A stretch of DNA of 64,000 bases. Source: Coriobacteriia bacterium (lineage in GTDB: Bacteria > Actinomycetota > Coriobacteriia > Anaerosomatales > Kmv31). Position 1 is the first letter of the stretch, and each line of letters begins with the position of its first letter. The notes under the pieces are model-generated. The model worked only from the letters and a program-made list of their open reading frames with translations. It ran no database searches and had not been told where the DNA came from. This document shows positions 10,478 to 18,824 of this stretch, piece by piece. The position numbers were made by a program, and so were the translations under genes. Where the stretch lies: NCBI GenBank assembly GCA_014859305.1, contig JACUUM010000004.1:58-64057 (forward strand), in the 5' to 3' direction.

Positions 10478-11626
10478 ATGGCTCTGGACATCCATAGCTC
10501 CTGCCCAGCGGTGGACGACGAGGGACGCGCCGTCACCGAGCTCGTCGTCAACGTCGGCCCGTCGCACCCCTCCACCCACGGGGTCTGCCGTGTCATCGCG
10601 CACCTCGACGGCGAGGTGATCACCAAGGCCGAGACGGTCATCGGCTACCTGCACCGCGGCATCGAGAAGATGACCGAGAACCGCACGTACCTCCAGGTCG
10701 TGCCGCTGACGGACCGGTTGGACTACGTCGGATCGATGTACGCGAACTGGGCCTACTGCCGCGCCGTCGAACGACTGGCGGGCATCGCGCTGCCCGAGCG
10801 CGCCGAGTACCTTCGCGTCATCACATGCGAGCTGCAGCGCATCGCCAGCCACATGATGGCGATGGGCTCTGCGGCGGCCGACGCGGGCGCCTTCACGATG
10901 TTCCTGTACGCGTTCAACCAGCGCGACTTCGTCGTGGACCTCTTCGAGCGCCTCTGCGGGGCCCGCCTCACCTACAACTACGTGCGGCCCGGCGGCGTGA
11001 GCTTCGATGTCCCTGACGACGGCTGGCTGGACGACGTGCGGGCCTTCTGCGCCCAGCATCGCGGCGCGGTGGCGGAGATGGACAAGCTCTTCTTCGGCAA
11101 CGTGATCACGCGCGGGCGCCTGAAGGGGATCGGCGTGCTCTCCGCCGAGGACGCGGTCGCATGGGGGGCTTCCGGTCCGGTCGCTCGCGGCAGCGGTGTC
11201 GACTGGGACCTGCGGCGCGACGACACCTACTCGGTCTACCCGCGTTTCGACTTCGAGGTGCCGCTGGGCAGCAACGGAGACGCGTACGACCGCAACCGCG
11301 TGCGGCTCTTCGAGTGCTACGAGTCCGTGAGCATCGTCGAGCAGGCCCTCGAGCAGATGGAGCCCGGGCGGGTGCGTGCCGAGGGGCTGCCGAGGCTGCT
11401 GAGGCCCAGGCCCGGCGACGCCTACGACCACATCGAGTCCGCCCGAGGCTCCCTGGGCGTGTACCTCGTGTCGGACGGCTCGCCCAAGCCCTACCGCATG
11501 AAGGTGCGCTCCCCCGCGTTCTGCAACCTGGCTCTGCTCGAGAAGCTCGCGGTCGGCCACATGATGTCCGACCTGGTGGTCATCCTCGGCTCGCTCGACC
11601 CGGTGTTCGGGGAGGTGGACCGGTGA
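10478..11626 (+). CDS. nuoD: NADH-quinone oxidoreductase subunit D
   Basis: 49-kDa subunit motifs: GPSHPSTHGV, GYLHRGIEK, SARGSLGVYL, RSPAFCNL. Confidence 0.92.
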   Translation: MALDIHSSCPAVDDEGRAVTELVVNVGPSHPSTHGVCRVIAHLDGEVITKAETVIGYLHRGIEKMTENRTYLQVVPLTDRLDYVGSMYANWAYCRAVERLAGIALPERAEYLRVITCELQRIASHMMAMGSAAADAGAFTMFLYAFNQRDFVVDLFERLCGARLTYNYVRPGGVSFDVPDDGWLDDVRAFCAQHRGAVAEMDKLFFGNVITRGRLKGIGVLSAEDAVAWGASGPVARGSGVDWDLRRDDTYSVYPRFDFEVPLGSNGDAYDRNRVRLFECYESVSIVEQALEQMEPGRVRAEGLPRLLRPRPGDAYDHIESARGSLGVYLVSDGSPKPYRMKVRSPAFCNLALLEKLAVGHMMSDLVVILGSLDPVFGEVDR

Positions 11627-12594
11627 GCTTGACGGGCTTCCTCGGAGGGGCAGTATGGGGACTCGCCGCCGGCGTCGCGGTGGCGGTGGCGACCGTCCTC
11701 GGCGTGTGGGGCGAGCGCAAGGTCTCCGCCCGGATACAGCGGCGGTACGGACCGCAGGAGGCCGGGCCGTTCGGGCTGCTGCAGCTCCCGTACGACTTCG
11801 TGAAGCTGCTGACCAAGGAGGACGTGCTGCCCAGGCAGGCCTCGCCCGGCGTGTTCCGGATGGCGCCGCTGCTGGTCACCACACCCATCCTCATGTCGCT
11901 GGTCGTCGTGCCGCTGGCGATGACGAGCGGGAACGAGGGCTGGGCGCCCGTGGACAGCTCGGTGGGCATGCTGTTCTTCCTCGCCGTGCCGTCGATCGCG
12001 GTGCTGGGGGTGCTGCTGGGCGGCTGGTCCTCGCGTAACACCTATGCCACCCTGGGCGGGCTCAGGGCCGCGGCGCAGATGATCTCGTACGAGCTCCCGC
12101 GCTCGCTGGCGGTGCTGAGCATCGTGCTGCTGGCCGGCTCGCTGAGGCCGCTGGCGGTGCTGAGCGAGTGGCGAGTGTGGTGGCTGCCGCTGACGTTCAT
12201 CGGCTTCGTCGTGTTCTTCATCGCTTCGCTGGCCGAGCTCAACCGCGGACCGTTCGACCTGCCGGAAGCGGAGTCCGAGCTCGTGGCGGGCTACTTCGCC
12301 GACTACTCCGGGATGCGGTGGGCGCTGTTCATGATGGCCGAGTACGGCGGGGCGCTGGCCACGTCGCTCTTCGCCGCGGTCGTGTTCTTCGGCGGAGGCT
12401 GGCCGCTCACCGGGGCCGCCGGCGTGGCCGTGCTCATCGTCAAGGCCGTCGTCTTGACGGTAGCGATGATGTGGGTCAAGTGGACGTTCCCGAGGATGCG
12501 CCCCGATCAGCTGATGACCACCGCCTGGAAGGTGCTGACGCCCCTGGCGCTGGTGCAGCTCCTCATCGTCGGGGTGGTGATCCCATGGCTCTAG
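11623..12594 (+). CDS. nuoH: NADH-quinone oxidoreductase subunit H
   Basis: GTGA overlap with the nuoD stop. ND1 motifs: ERKVSARIQRRYGPQEAGPFGLLQ, LAELNRGPFDLPEAESELVAGY. It is polytopic. The track ORF start at 11161 is a spurious extension. Confidence 0.9.
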   Translation: MSLTGFLGGAVWGLAAGVAVAVATVLGVWGERKVSARIQRRYGPQEAGPFGLLQLPYDFVKLLTKEDVLPRQASPGVFRMAPLLVTTPILMSLVVVPLAMTSGNEGWAPVDSSVGMLFFLAVPSIAVLGVLLGGWSSRNTYATLGGLRAAAQMISYELPRSLAVLSIVLLAGSLRPLAVLSEWRVWWLPLTFIGFVVFFIASLAELNRGPFDLPEAESELVAGYFADYSGMRWALFMMAEYGGALATSLFAAVVFFGGGWPLTGAAGVAVLIVKAVVLTVAMMWVKWTFPRMRPDQLMTTAWKVLTPLALVQLLIVGVVIPWL

Positions 12595-14684
12595 AGGAGA
12601 CCGAGGTGGGAGGCGCACCCGAGCCGAAGGGCGAGACGGCGCCGGCCAAGGCCGTCCAGCCGCGGTTGACGGTCACGGACGGGGACGGGCGCGGCGTCGG
12701 CGCGTTCGTCGCCGCCTGGCGCTCGCTCGCGACCGGCCTGGGCATCACCGCCCGGCACGCGTTCCGCAGACCGCTGACTGTACGCTACCCCGCCGAGAAG
12801 GTGGACCTGTCGCCTCGCTGGCGTGGCGCGCTGTCGCTGCGCGGGGCGCTGGGCGCGGACGAGATACCGCTGTTCTCCGTGCTCCCCACGGAGCACAACG
12901 CGGCGGTGGACGCCGCGTATCGGGCCGACCGCCTGCCCCCCTGCGTGGGCAACTGCCCCGCCAACGTCGATGTCCGAGGACAGAACTACCACCTCGCCGA
13001 GGGCCGCGCGGCCGAGGCCTACGAGCTCGTGCGACAGCGCAACATCCTCCCCGGCGTGCTCGGGCGCATCTGCCATCACCCCTGCGAGACCGCATGCCGG
13101 CGCAACTACTACGACGAGCCCGTCGCCGTGCGCCCGCTGCACCGGATCGCCTACGAGGGCTACGTGGACGTGCGAGAGGAGCGCGTGGCGCCGCTGCCGG
13201 TCACGCGGCCGCAGTCCGTCGCCGTCGTCGGTTCGGGACCGTCCGCCCTGGCCGCCGCGTACGACCTGATGACGCTCGGCTACAAGGTCACGATGTTCGA
13301 GAAGGAGGACACGCCCGGCGGGGCCCTGAACTCCGGCGTGCCGAGCTACCGCCTCCCGCGGGAGATCCTTCACGGCGAGATCGAGGACTTCGTCCGCATG
13401 GGCCTGGACCTGCGCTGCGGGATCGAGATAGGGCGCGACGTGCCGCTGGAGCACCTGATCGGCGAGTACGACGTCGTGCTCATCGCCGCCGGCCTGCAGG
13501 TGAGCCGCCTGCTGCCCATCCCGGGCGCGGACGCCGAGGGCGTGCGCGGCGCGCTGGAGTTCCTCAAGGCCGCGAACTGGAGGGGCGAGGCGGGGGTGCG
13601 CGGGAAGCGCGTGCTCGTGATCGGCGGCGGCAACGTGGCCGTCGACGTGGCCCGCTGCGCCCTGCGCGTCGGCGCCACCGAGGTCCGCCTGTCCTGCCTG
13701 GAGGGCGAGACCGAGATGCCCTGCCATCCCTGGGAGATAGAGGAGGCGCTGGACGAGGGCGTGATCGCGATGTGCGGCCAGGGCCCTCAGGAGGTGCTGA
13801 CCGGCGAGGGCGGCAAGGTCCGCGGCATGAAGCTCAGGCAGTGCCTGTCCGTGTTCGACGAGACGGGACGCTTCGCTCCCCAGTTCGGCGACGTGTACAC
13901 GGAGGTGGAGACGGACATCGTGGTCTTCTCGATCGGCCAGGGTTCCGACCTCAAGGGCGTGGTCACGGGCACCGACCTGGAGCTGGACGAGCGCGGCAAC
14001 CTGCCCGTGGACGGCGCGGTGTTCACGACGGCGGTGCCGGGCGTGTTCGCCTGTGGCGAGGTCGTCACCGGCCCCGGCAGTTGCATCGGGTCGATCGCGA
14101 CAGGGCACGAGGCGGCCACGTCCATCCACCGCTACCTCTCCGGCCAGAGCGTCTCCGAGGGGAGGGTGGCCCGGCCCGTGCCGCGCTACGACAAGTACGA
14201 GGCCGCCGTCCTCGACGGCGTCGAGGAGACTCGCCGCCGGGTGGAGATACCGATGGCGCCGGCCGAGGAGCGCGCGCGCGACTTCCGGCAGGTGGAGCTC
14301 GGCTTCACGCACCTCGAGGGGTTGATGGAGGCCGCGCGCTGCCTGCGCTGTCAGTCCGAGGTCTGCGTCGGTTGCCAGTTCTGCGCGCGCACGTGCCCCG
14401 ACTACGCGATCCGCGTCGAGCGGGTCGACGACCCGGGCCAGCGATGCCTGACCCGCTACGAGCTCGATCTCACCAAGTGCTGCTTCTGCGGTCTGTGCGC
14501 CGAGCAGTGTCCGACCGACGCGCTCACCCACACCGGGCAGTACGAGCTGTCCTTCTACCACCGCGACATGATGCTCTTCGACAAGGGTGAGATGCGGCGC
14601 CCGCGCACGGGGACGCGCGCGACCGGTGCCGACGGCGGTGCGGACGCGCCTTGCCCGCCGGTGGCCGAGGAGGGAGCGCTGTGA
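12585..14684 (+). CDS. nuoI: NuoI-type 2x[4Fe-4S] subunit carrying an inserted GltD/NfnB-like NAD(P)H-dependent FAD/Fe-S oxidoreductase module (699 aa)
   Basis: NuoI N-terminal segment at aa ~46-86: GITARHAFRRPLTVRYPAEKVDLSPRWRG. GltD-like part at aa ~118-520: CVGNCP, GRICHHPCETAC, VAVVGSGPSALAAAYDL, GGALNSGVPSYRLP, KRVLVIGGGNVAVDVARCA, VFACGEVVTG. NuoI ferredoxin core at aa ~594-668: CVGCQFCARTCP, CCFCGLCAEQCP, YELSFYHRDMMLFDKGEM. It occupies the nuoI position between nuoH and nuoJ. Confidence 0.85.
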   Translation: MALEETEVGGAPEPKGETAPAKAVQPRLTVTDGDGRGVGAFVAAWRSLATGLGITARHAFRRPLTVRYPAEKVDLSPRWRGALSLRGALGADEIPLFSVLPTEHNAAVDAAYRADRLPPCVGNCPANVDVRGQNYHLAEGRAAEAYELVRQRNILPGVLGRICHHPCETACRRNYYDEPVAVRPLHRIAYEGYVDVREERVAPLPVTRPQSVAVVGSGPSALAAAYDLMTLGYKVTMFEKEDTPGGALNSGVPSYRLPREILHGEIEDFVRMGLDLRCGIEIGRDVPLEHLIGEYDVVLIAAGLQVSRLLPIPGADAEGVRGALEFLKAANWRGEAGVRGKRVLVIGGGNVAVDVARCALRVGATEVRLSCLEGETEMPCHPWEIEEALDEGVIAMCGQGPQEVLTGEGGKVRGMKLRQCLSVFDETGRFAPQFGDVYTEVETDIVVFSIGQGSDLKGVVTGTDLELDERGNLPVDGAVFTTAVPGVFACGEVVTGPGSCIGSIATGHEAATSIHRYLSGQSVSEGRVARPVPRYDKYEAAVLDGVEETRRRVEIPMAPAEERARDFRQVELGFTHLEGLMEAARCLRCQSEVCVGCQFCARTCPDYAIRVERVDDPGQRCLTRYELDLTKCCFCGLCAEQCPTDALTHTGQYELSFYHRDMMLFDKGEMRRPRTGTRATGADGGADAPCPPVAEEGAL

Positions 14685-15178
14685 GCACGCTCGTGGGACA
14701 GACGCTCTTCTGGGGCCTGGCAGCGGTGGCGCTGACCGGCGCGGCGACGGTCGTGCTCACCCGGGACGTGATGCGGCTCGTGCTCGGCCTGGGCGCCTTC
14801 CTGCTCGCCGTGGCGGGGTACTTCCTGCTGTACGGCGCCGCGTTCCTCGCCGTCGCGCAGGTCTTCCTCTACGTGGGGGGCGTGCTCGTGCTCGTGCTGT
14901 TCGCGATCATGCTGCTGCACCGCACCGAGAAGGGCACCCCGGACCTGGACAACCGGCACGACGTCGGTTCCGCGATGGTCGCCGTCGCACTCTTCGTCCT
15001 GCTGGTCACGTCGCTGCAGGGTTCGCTCCCGTCGGGGGCGGCCGCCGCGGGGGCCGGGATCGAGGCGGTGGGCGACCGGCTGCTCGGCGCCCTGTTGCCG
15101 CACTTCGAGCTCGTCGGCGCCTTGCTGCTCGCGGCACTCGTGGCGGTGCTCTCTATCGTCGGAGGTGAGCGGCGGTGA
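14681..15178 (+). CDS. nuoJ: NADH-quinone oxidoreductase subunit J
   Basis: GTGA overlap with the nuoI stop, SD GAGGAGGGAG upstream. ND6-like TM protein (FLAVAQVFLYVGGVLVLVLFAIML). Confidence 0.85.
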   Translation: MSTLVGQTLFWGLAAVALTGAATVVLTRDVMRLVLGLGAFLLAVAGYFLLYGAAFLAVAQVFLYVGGVLVLVLFAIMLLHRTEKGTPDLDNRHDVGSAMVAVALFVLLVTSLQGSLPSGAAAAGAGIEAVGDRLLGALLPHFELVGALLLAALVAVLSIVGGERR

Positions 15179-15486
15179 ACGTGCTCGTCGTATGTGCCGC
15201 GCTGTTCTGCCTGGGGCTCTACGGCGTGCTCGTGAGGCGCGACGTGATCGGCGTGCTCGCCAGCGTCGAGGTCATGCTGGGCGCGGCCAGCGTGCAGCTG
15301 ATCGCGTCGGCGATGACGGCCGCCTCCTCGGTGGCCGGTCCCGATCCCGCCACCGCCGAGGCCCTGGGCCTGCTCGTGCTGGTGCTCGCCGCGGCCGAAG
15401 CCGCGGTGGGCCTCGCGCTGCTCGTCAGCGTCGTGAAGCGGACCGGCAGGGGCCGCGTGGACGAACTCGTCGAGGTGGAGGGGTAG
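15175..15486 (+). CDS. nuoK: NADH-quinone oxidoreductase subunit K
   Basis: GTGA overlap. 103 aa with 3 TM helices, ND4L-like (GLYGVLVRRDVIGVLASVEVML, AAAEAAVGLALLV). Confidence 0.88.
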   Translation: MNVLVVCAALFCLGLYGVLVRRDVIGVLASVEVMLGAASVQLIASAMTAASSVAGPDPATAEALGLLVLVLAAAEAAVGLALLVSVVKRTGRGRVDELVEVEG

Positions 15487-15487
15487 G

Positions 15488-17368
15488 ATGCGGCTTCTTC
15501 TCGACGCTCCCTGGCTGGCCGCGGCAGTGCCCGTGGCGCTCGCCGCTATCGTCGCCGCCGGAGGGTCGCGCCTTGCTCCGGTGACGAGGTGGGTGGCGGC
15601 TCTCGGTCCGCTGGCCGTGCTCCTCACCGGACTCGCGCACATAGCCGGACGCGGCGAAGGAGAGGCGGCGTCGCCGTTCGTCGGCGGGCTCACCGCATCG
15701 GCGTCCGTCCCGTGGATCGAGATCGGGGGGCGTTCGCTGGACGTGGGCTACGCCGTGGACGGCCTCACCTCGATCATGCTGGTCGTCGTGGGCTTCGTGG
15801 CGCTCATGGTCATGGTCTTCTCCGTGGGATACATGGCCGGCGATCGGGGATTGGCGCGCTACTACGCCGTCCTGTCGCTGTTCACCGCTTCGATGACCGG
15901 CCTGGTGCTGGCCGACGGGCTCGTCGGGCTCTTCATCGCGTGGGAGCTCGTGGGCGTGTGCAGCTACCTGCTCATCGGCTTCTGGTTCGAGAAGCCCACC
16001 GCGGCGGCCGCGGCGATGAAGGCGTTCCTCGTGACCCGGGTCGGCGACGTGGGCCTGTTCGTAGCGCTCGCGCTGCTCTGGGGCCACACCGGTGAGACCG
16101 GCTACACCCACGTGATGGCCGCGCTGCCCGACCTCGCACCATGGGCGCTCACCGCGGCTGCGCTGCTGCTGTTCGTGGGGGCCGCGGGCAAGTCGGCGCA
16201 GTTCCCGCTGCACATCTGGCTGCCCGACGCGATGGCCGGCCCCACGCCGGTCTCCGCGCTCATCCACGCCGCCACGATGGTCGCCGCGGGCGTCTTCCTG
16301 GTCGCGCGGACGTGGCCGCTGTTCGAGGCGTCCTCCGCCGCTCTGACGGTGATCCTCGGGATCGGGGCGTTCACCGCGCTCGCCTCGGCTACCATCGCCC
16401 TGGGACAGCACGACATCAAGAAGGTGCTGGCGTACTCGACGATCAGCCAGCTCGGCTTCATGTTCGCCGCGCTGGGCGCCGGCGTGTGGCGTGCCGCGAT
16501 GTTCCACCTGGTCACGCATGCCGCCTTCAAGGCGCTGCTCTTCCTCGGGTCGGGGTCGGTCATCCACGGGACCGACTCGCAGGACATGCGCGAGATGGGC
16601 GGGCTGGCGCGCAGGATGCCCTTCACGGCGGTCACGTGGGTCATCGGCGCCGCGGCGCTGGCCGGCCTCCCGCCCCTGTCAGGATTCTTCAGCAAGGACG
16701 AGGTCGTCCACGGCGTGCTGGGCGCGTCGACGGCCGCCGGCGCGGCGTTGCTCGTCGCCGCCGCCTTCACGGCCTTCTACATCACCCGGGCCACGGTGCT
16801 CACGTTCTTCGGGGAGTACCGGGGCAACGGTCATCCGCACGAGAGCGGCCCGGTGATGTGGCTGCCGCTCGTGGCGCTGGCCGTGCCCGCCGCGGTCCTG
16901 GGCGCCGGAGCCGGCGGGGTGGCGGAGCTGCTCGGAGGTCACGAGGAGGCGATATCGCTCCCCGTCGCGGCGGCCTCGGTGGCGGTGGCGCTCACCGGCA
17001 TCGCCGCGGGCTCGATGCTGTACCGCCGAGGGCCGGAGGCGGACGATCTCTTGGAGGCCCGCCTGGGTACCGCGTGGAGCGCGGCGCGGAACGCCTACGG
17101 CGTGGACGCGGCCGTGGGGCGGTTCGTCGTGGAACCGGTGCTCGGCCTCTCCCGCATGACGTACGCCGTGCTCGACCGCCTGACGTTCGACGGCATCGCG
17201 GAGGGTTCGGCATCGGTCGCGCGCTCCGTCGGCCGCGGACTCGCGCGGCTCCAGAGCGGCGACGGGCAATGGTACGCCGCGCTCATGGGCGCGGGGGTCA
17301 TCGCGCTCATCGCGCTGACGACCGCCGGGAGCGCGCTGGAGACGCTCCTCGGATGGATCGGGAGGTGA
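15488..17368 (+). CDS. nuoL: NADH-quinone oxidoreductase subunit L
   Basis: 626 aa antiporter-like subunit: IAWELVGVCSYLLIGFWFEKP, GKSAQFPLHIWLPDAMAGPTPVSALIHAATMV. Confidence 0.92.
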   Translation: MRLLLDAPWLAAAVPVALAAIVAAGGSRLAPVTRWVAALGPLAVLLTGLAHIAGRGEGEAASPFVGGLTASASVPWIEIGGRSLDVGYAVDGLTSIMLVVVGFVALMVMVFSVGYMAGDRGLARYYAVLSLFTASMTGLVLADGLVGLFIAWELVGVCSYLLIGFWFEKPTAAAAAMKAFLVTRVGDVGLFVALALLWGHTGETGYTHVMAALPDLAPWALTAAALLLFVGAAGKSAQFPLHIWLPDAMAGPTPVSALIHAATMVAAGVFLVARTWPLFEASSAALTVILGIGAFTALASATIALGQHDIKKVLAYSTISQLGFMFAALGAGVWRAAMFHLVTHAAFKALLFLGSGSVIHGTDSQDMREMGGLARRMPFTAVTWVIGAAALAGLPPLSGFFSKDEVVHGVLGASTAAGAALLVAAAFTAFYITRATVLTFFGEYRGNGHPHESGPVMWLPLVALAVPAAVLGAGAGGVAELLGGHEEAISLPVAAASVAVALTGIAAGSMLYRRGPEADDLLEARLGTAWSAARNAYGVDAAVGRFVVEPVLGLSRMTYAVLDRLTFDGIAEGSASVARSVGRGLARLQSGDGQWYAALMGAGVIALIALTTAGSALETLLGWIGR

Positions 17369-17372
17369 GGCC

Positions 17373-18824
17373 GTGCTGAGCGCAGTCGTTCTCGTACCGC
17401 TCGCCGGCGCGGTCCTCGTGGCGCTGGCCGGCAGGGGTTCCGCCGGCCTGGCGCGCGTGCTCGCACTGGCGTCGTCGCTGGCCGCGATGGCGGTCACGGG
17501 CGTCGCGCTGGCGGGCATGTCCGGCGCGCAGGGCCTCGTGGAGCGGCTGCCGGCCGGAGGCGAGGGCGCGACCTGGTGGGTGCTCTCGCTGGACGGCCTG
17601 GCAGCGCCGCTGGTCGCGCTGACGGCCTTCCTCGGCGTGATCTCGATCCTCGCGTCGTGGCGGATCGAGCGCTCGCCCGCGGCCCACCTCGCGCTGCTGC
17701 TCGCCCTGCAAGCGGCGGTGGCCGGCGTCTTCCTCGCCGCGCACGTCCTGCTCTTCTACGTGTTCTGGGAGGCCGTGCTGATCCCGATGTACTTCCTGAT
17801 CGGGCTTTGGGGACACGAGGACCGGCGCCACGCCGCCATGAAGTTCTTCATCTACACCTTCGCCGGCAGCGCGCTGATGCTCGTCGGACTGATGATGGTC
17901 GCGTTCTCCTCGGCGAGCCTGGAGTTCGTCCCGGGCTTCGGGCTGACGGCCGGAGGCATGGCCGACGAGATGCGTGCCACCGTGTTCTGGCTGCTCGCGG
18001 CGGGCTTCCTCGTGAAGATCCCGGTGATGGGACTCCATACGTGGCTCCCTGACGCCCACGTCGAGGCGCCTACCGCCGGCTCGATCATGCTCGCGGGCGT
18101 GCTGCTGAAGATGGGCGGGTACGGGATGATCCGCCTCGCGATGCCCGTGGCGGGCGAGGCCTTCGCCTCGGCACAGCCGGTGCTCGTGGCGCTGGGGATC
18201 GGGGGGATCATCTACGGGGCGCTCGTCGCGCTGGCGCAGAGCGACCTGAAGCGGCTCGTCGCCTACTCTTCCGTCTCGCACATGGGCTTCGTCGTGCTCG
18301 CGCTCGGCGTGGGGACGCCTCTCGCGCTGGGCGCGGCGATGCTCGTCATGGTCAGCCACGGGCTCGTGGCCGGCATGCTCTTCCTCCTGGTGGGTCTGCT
18401 GTACGACCGCACGCACACCCGGGAGATGGACCGCTTCGGCGGGCTCGGGCGAACCCTTCCCGGCTGGGCGACAGCCTTCACGTTCGCGGCGCTCGCCAGC
18501 CTGGGCCTGCCGGGCCTCTCAGGGTTCCCGGGAGAGCTCGTCACGGTGCTCGAGACCTTCGGCTCGATCGGCTGGTGGGCGGCCGTCGCCGCCGCGGGCG
18601 TCGTTCTGGCGGCCGCATACAACCTCGTCGCGGTCCGCCGCGTCAACCACGGGCCCGTCGCACAGGAATGGGCGGGCACCTCGGACCTGCGGGCGGGGGA
18701 GTGGGCCGCCGTCGCGCCGCTCGCGGCGGGGATCGTGGCGCTCGGGGTCTGGCCCGCCCTGGTCGTGGATGCCGCTGGGCCCGTGGTTCGGGCCCTGGCG
18801 GCGACGATCGGGGGTGGCTCGTGA
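17373..18824 (+). CDS. nuoM: NADH-quinone oxidoreductase subunit M
   Basis: 483 aa: FWEAVLIPMYFLIGLWG, HTWLPDAHVEAPTAGSIMLAGVLLKMGGYG. Confidence 0.92.
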   Translation: MLSAVVLVPLAGAVLVALAGRGSAGLARVLALASSLAAMAVTGVALAGMSGAQGLVERLPAGGEGATWWVLSLDGLAAPLVALTAFLGVISILASWRIERSPAAHLALLLALQAAVAGVFLAAHVLLFYVFWEAVLIPMYFLIGLWGHEDRRHAAMKFFIYTFAGSALMLVGLMMVAFSSASLEFVPGFGLTAGGMADEMRATVFWLLAAGFLVKIPVMGLHTWLPDAHVEAPTAGSIMLAGVLLKMGGYGMIRLAMPVAGEAFASAQPVLVALGIGGIIYGALVALAQSDLKRLVAYSSVSHMGFVVLALGVGTPLALGAAMLVMVSHGLVAGMLFLLVGLLYDRTHTREMDRFGGLGRTLPGWATAFTFAALASLGLPGLSGFPGELVTVLETFGSIGWWAAVAAAGVVLAAAYNLVAVRRVNHGPVAQEWAGTSDLRAGEWAAVAPLAAGIVALGVWPALVVDAAGPVVRALAATIGGGS

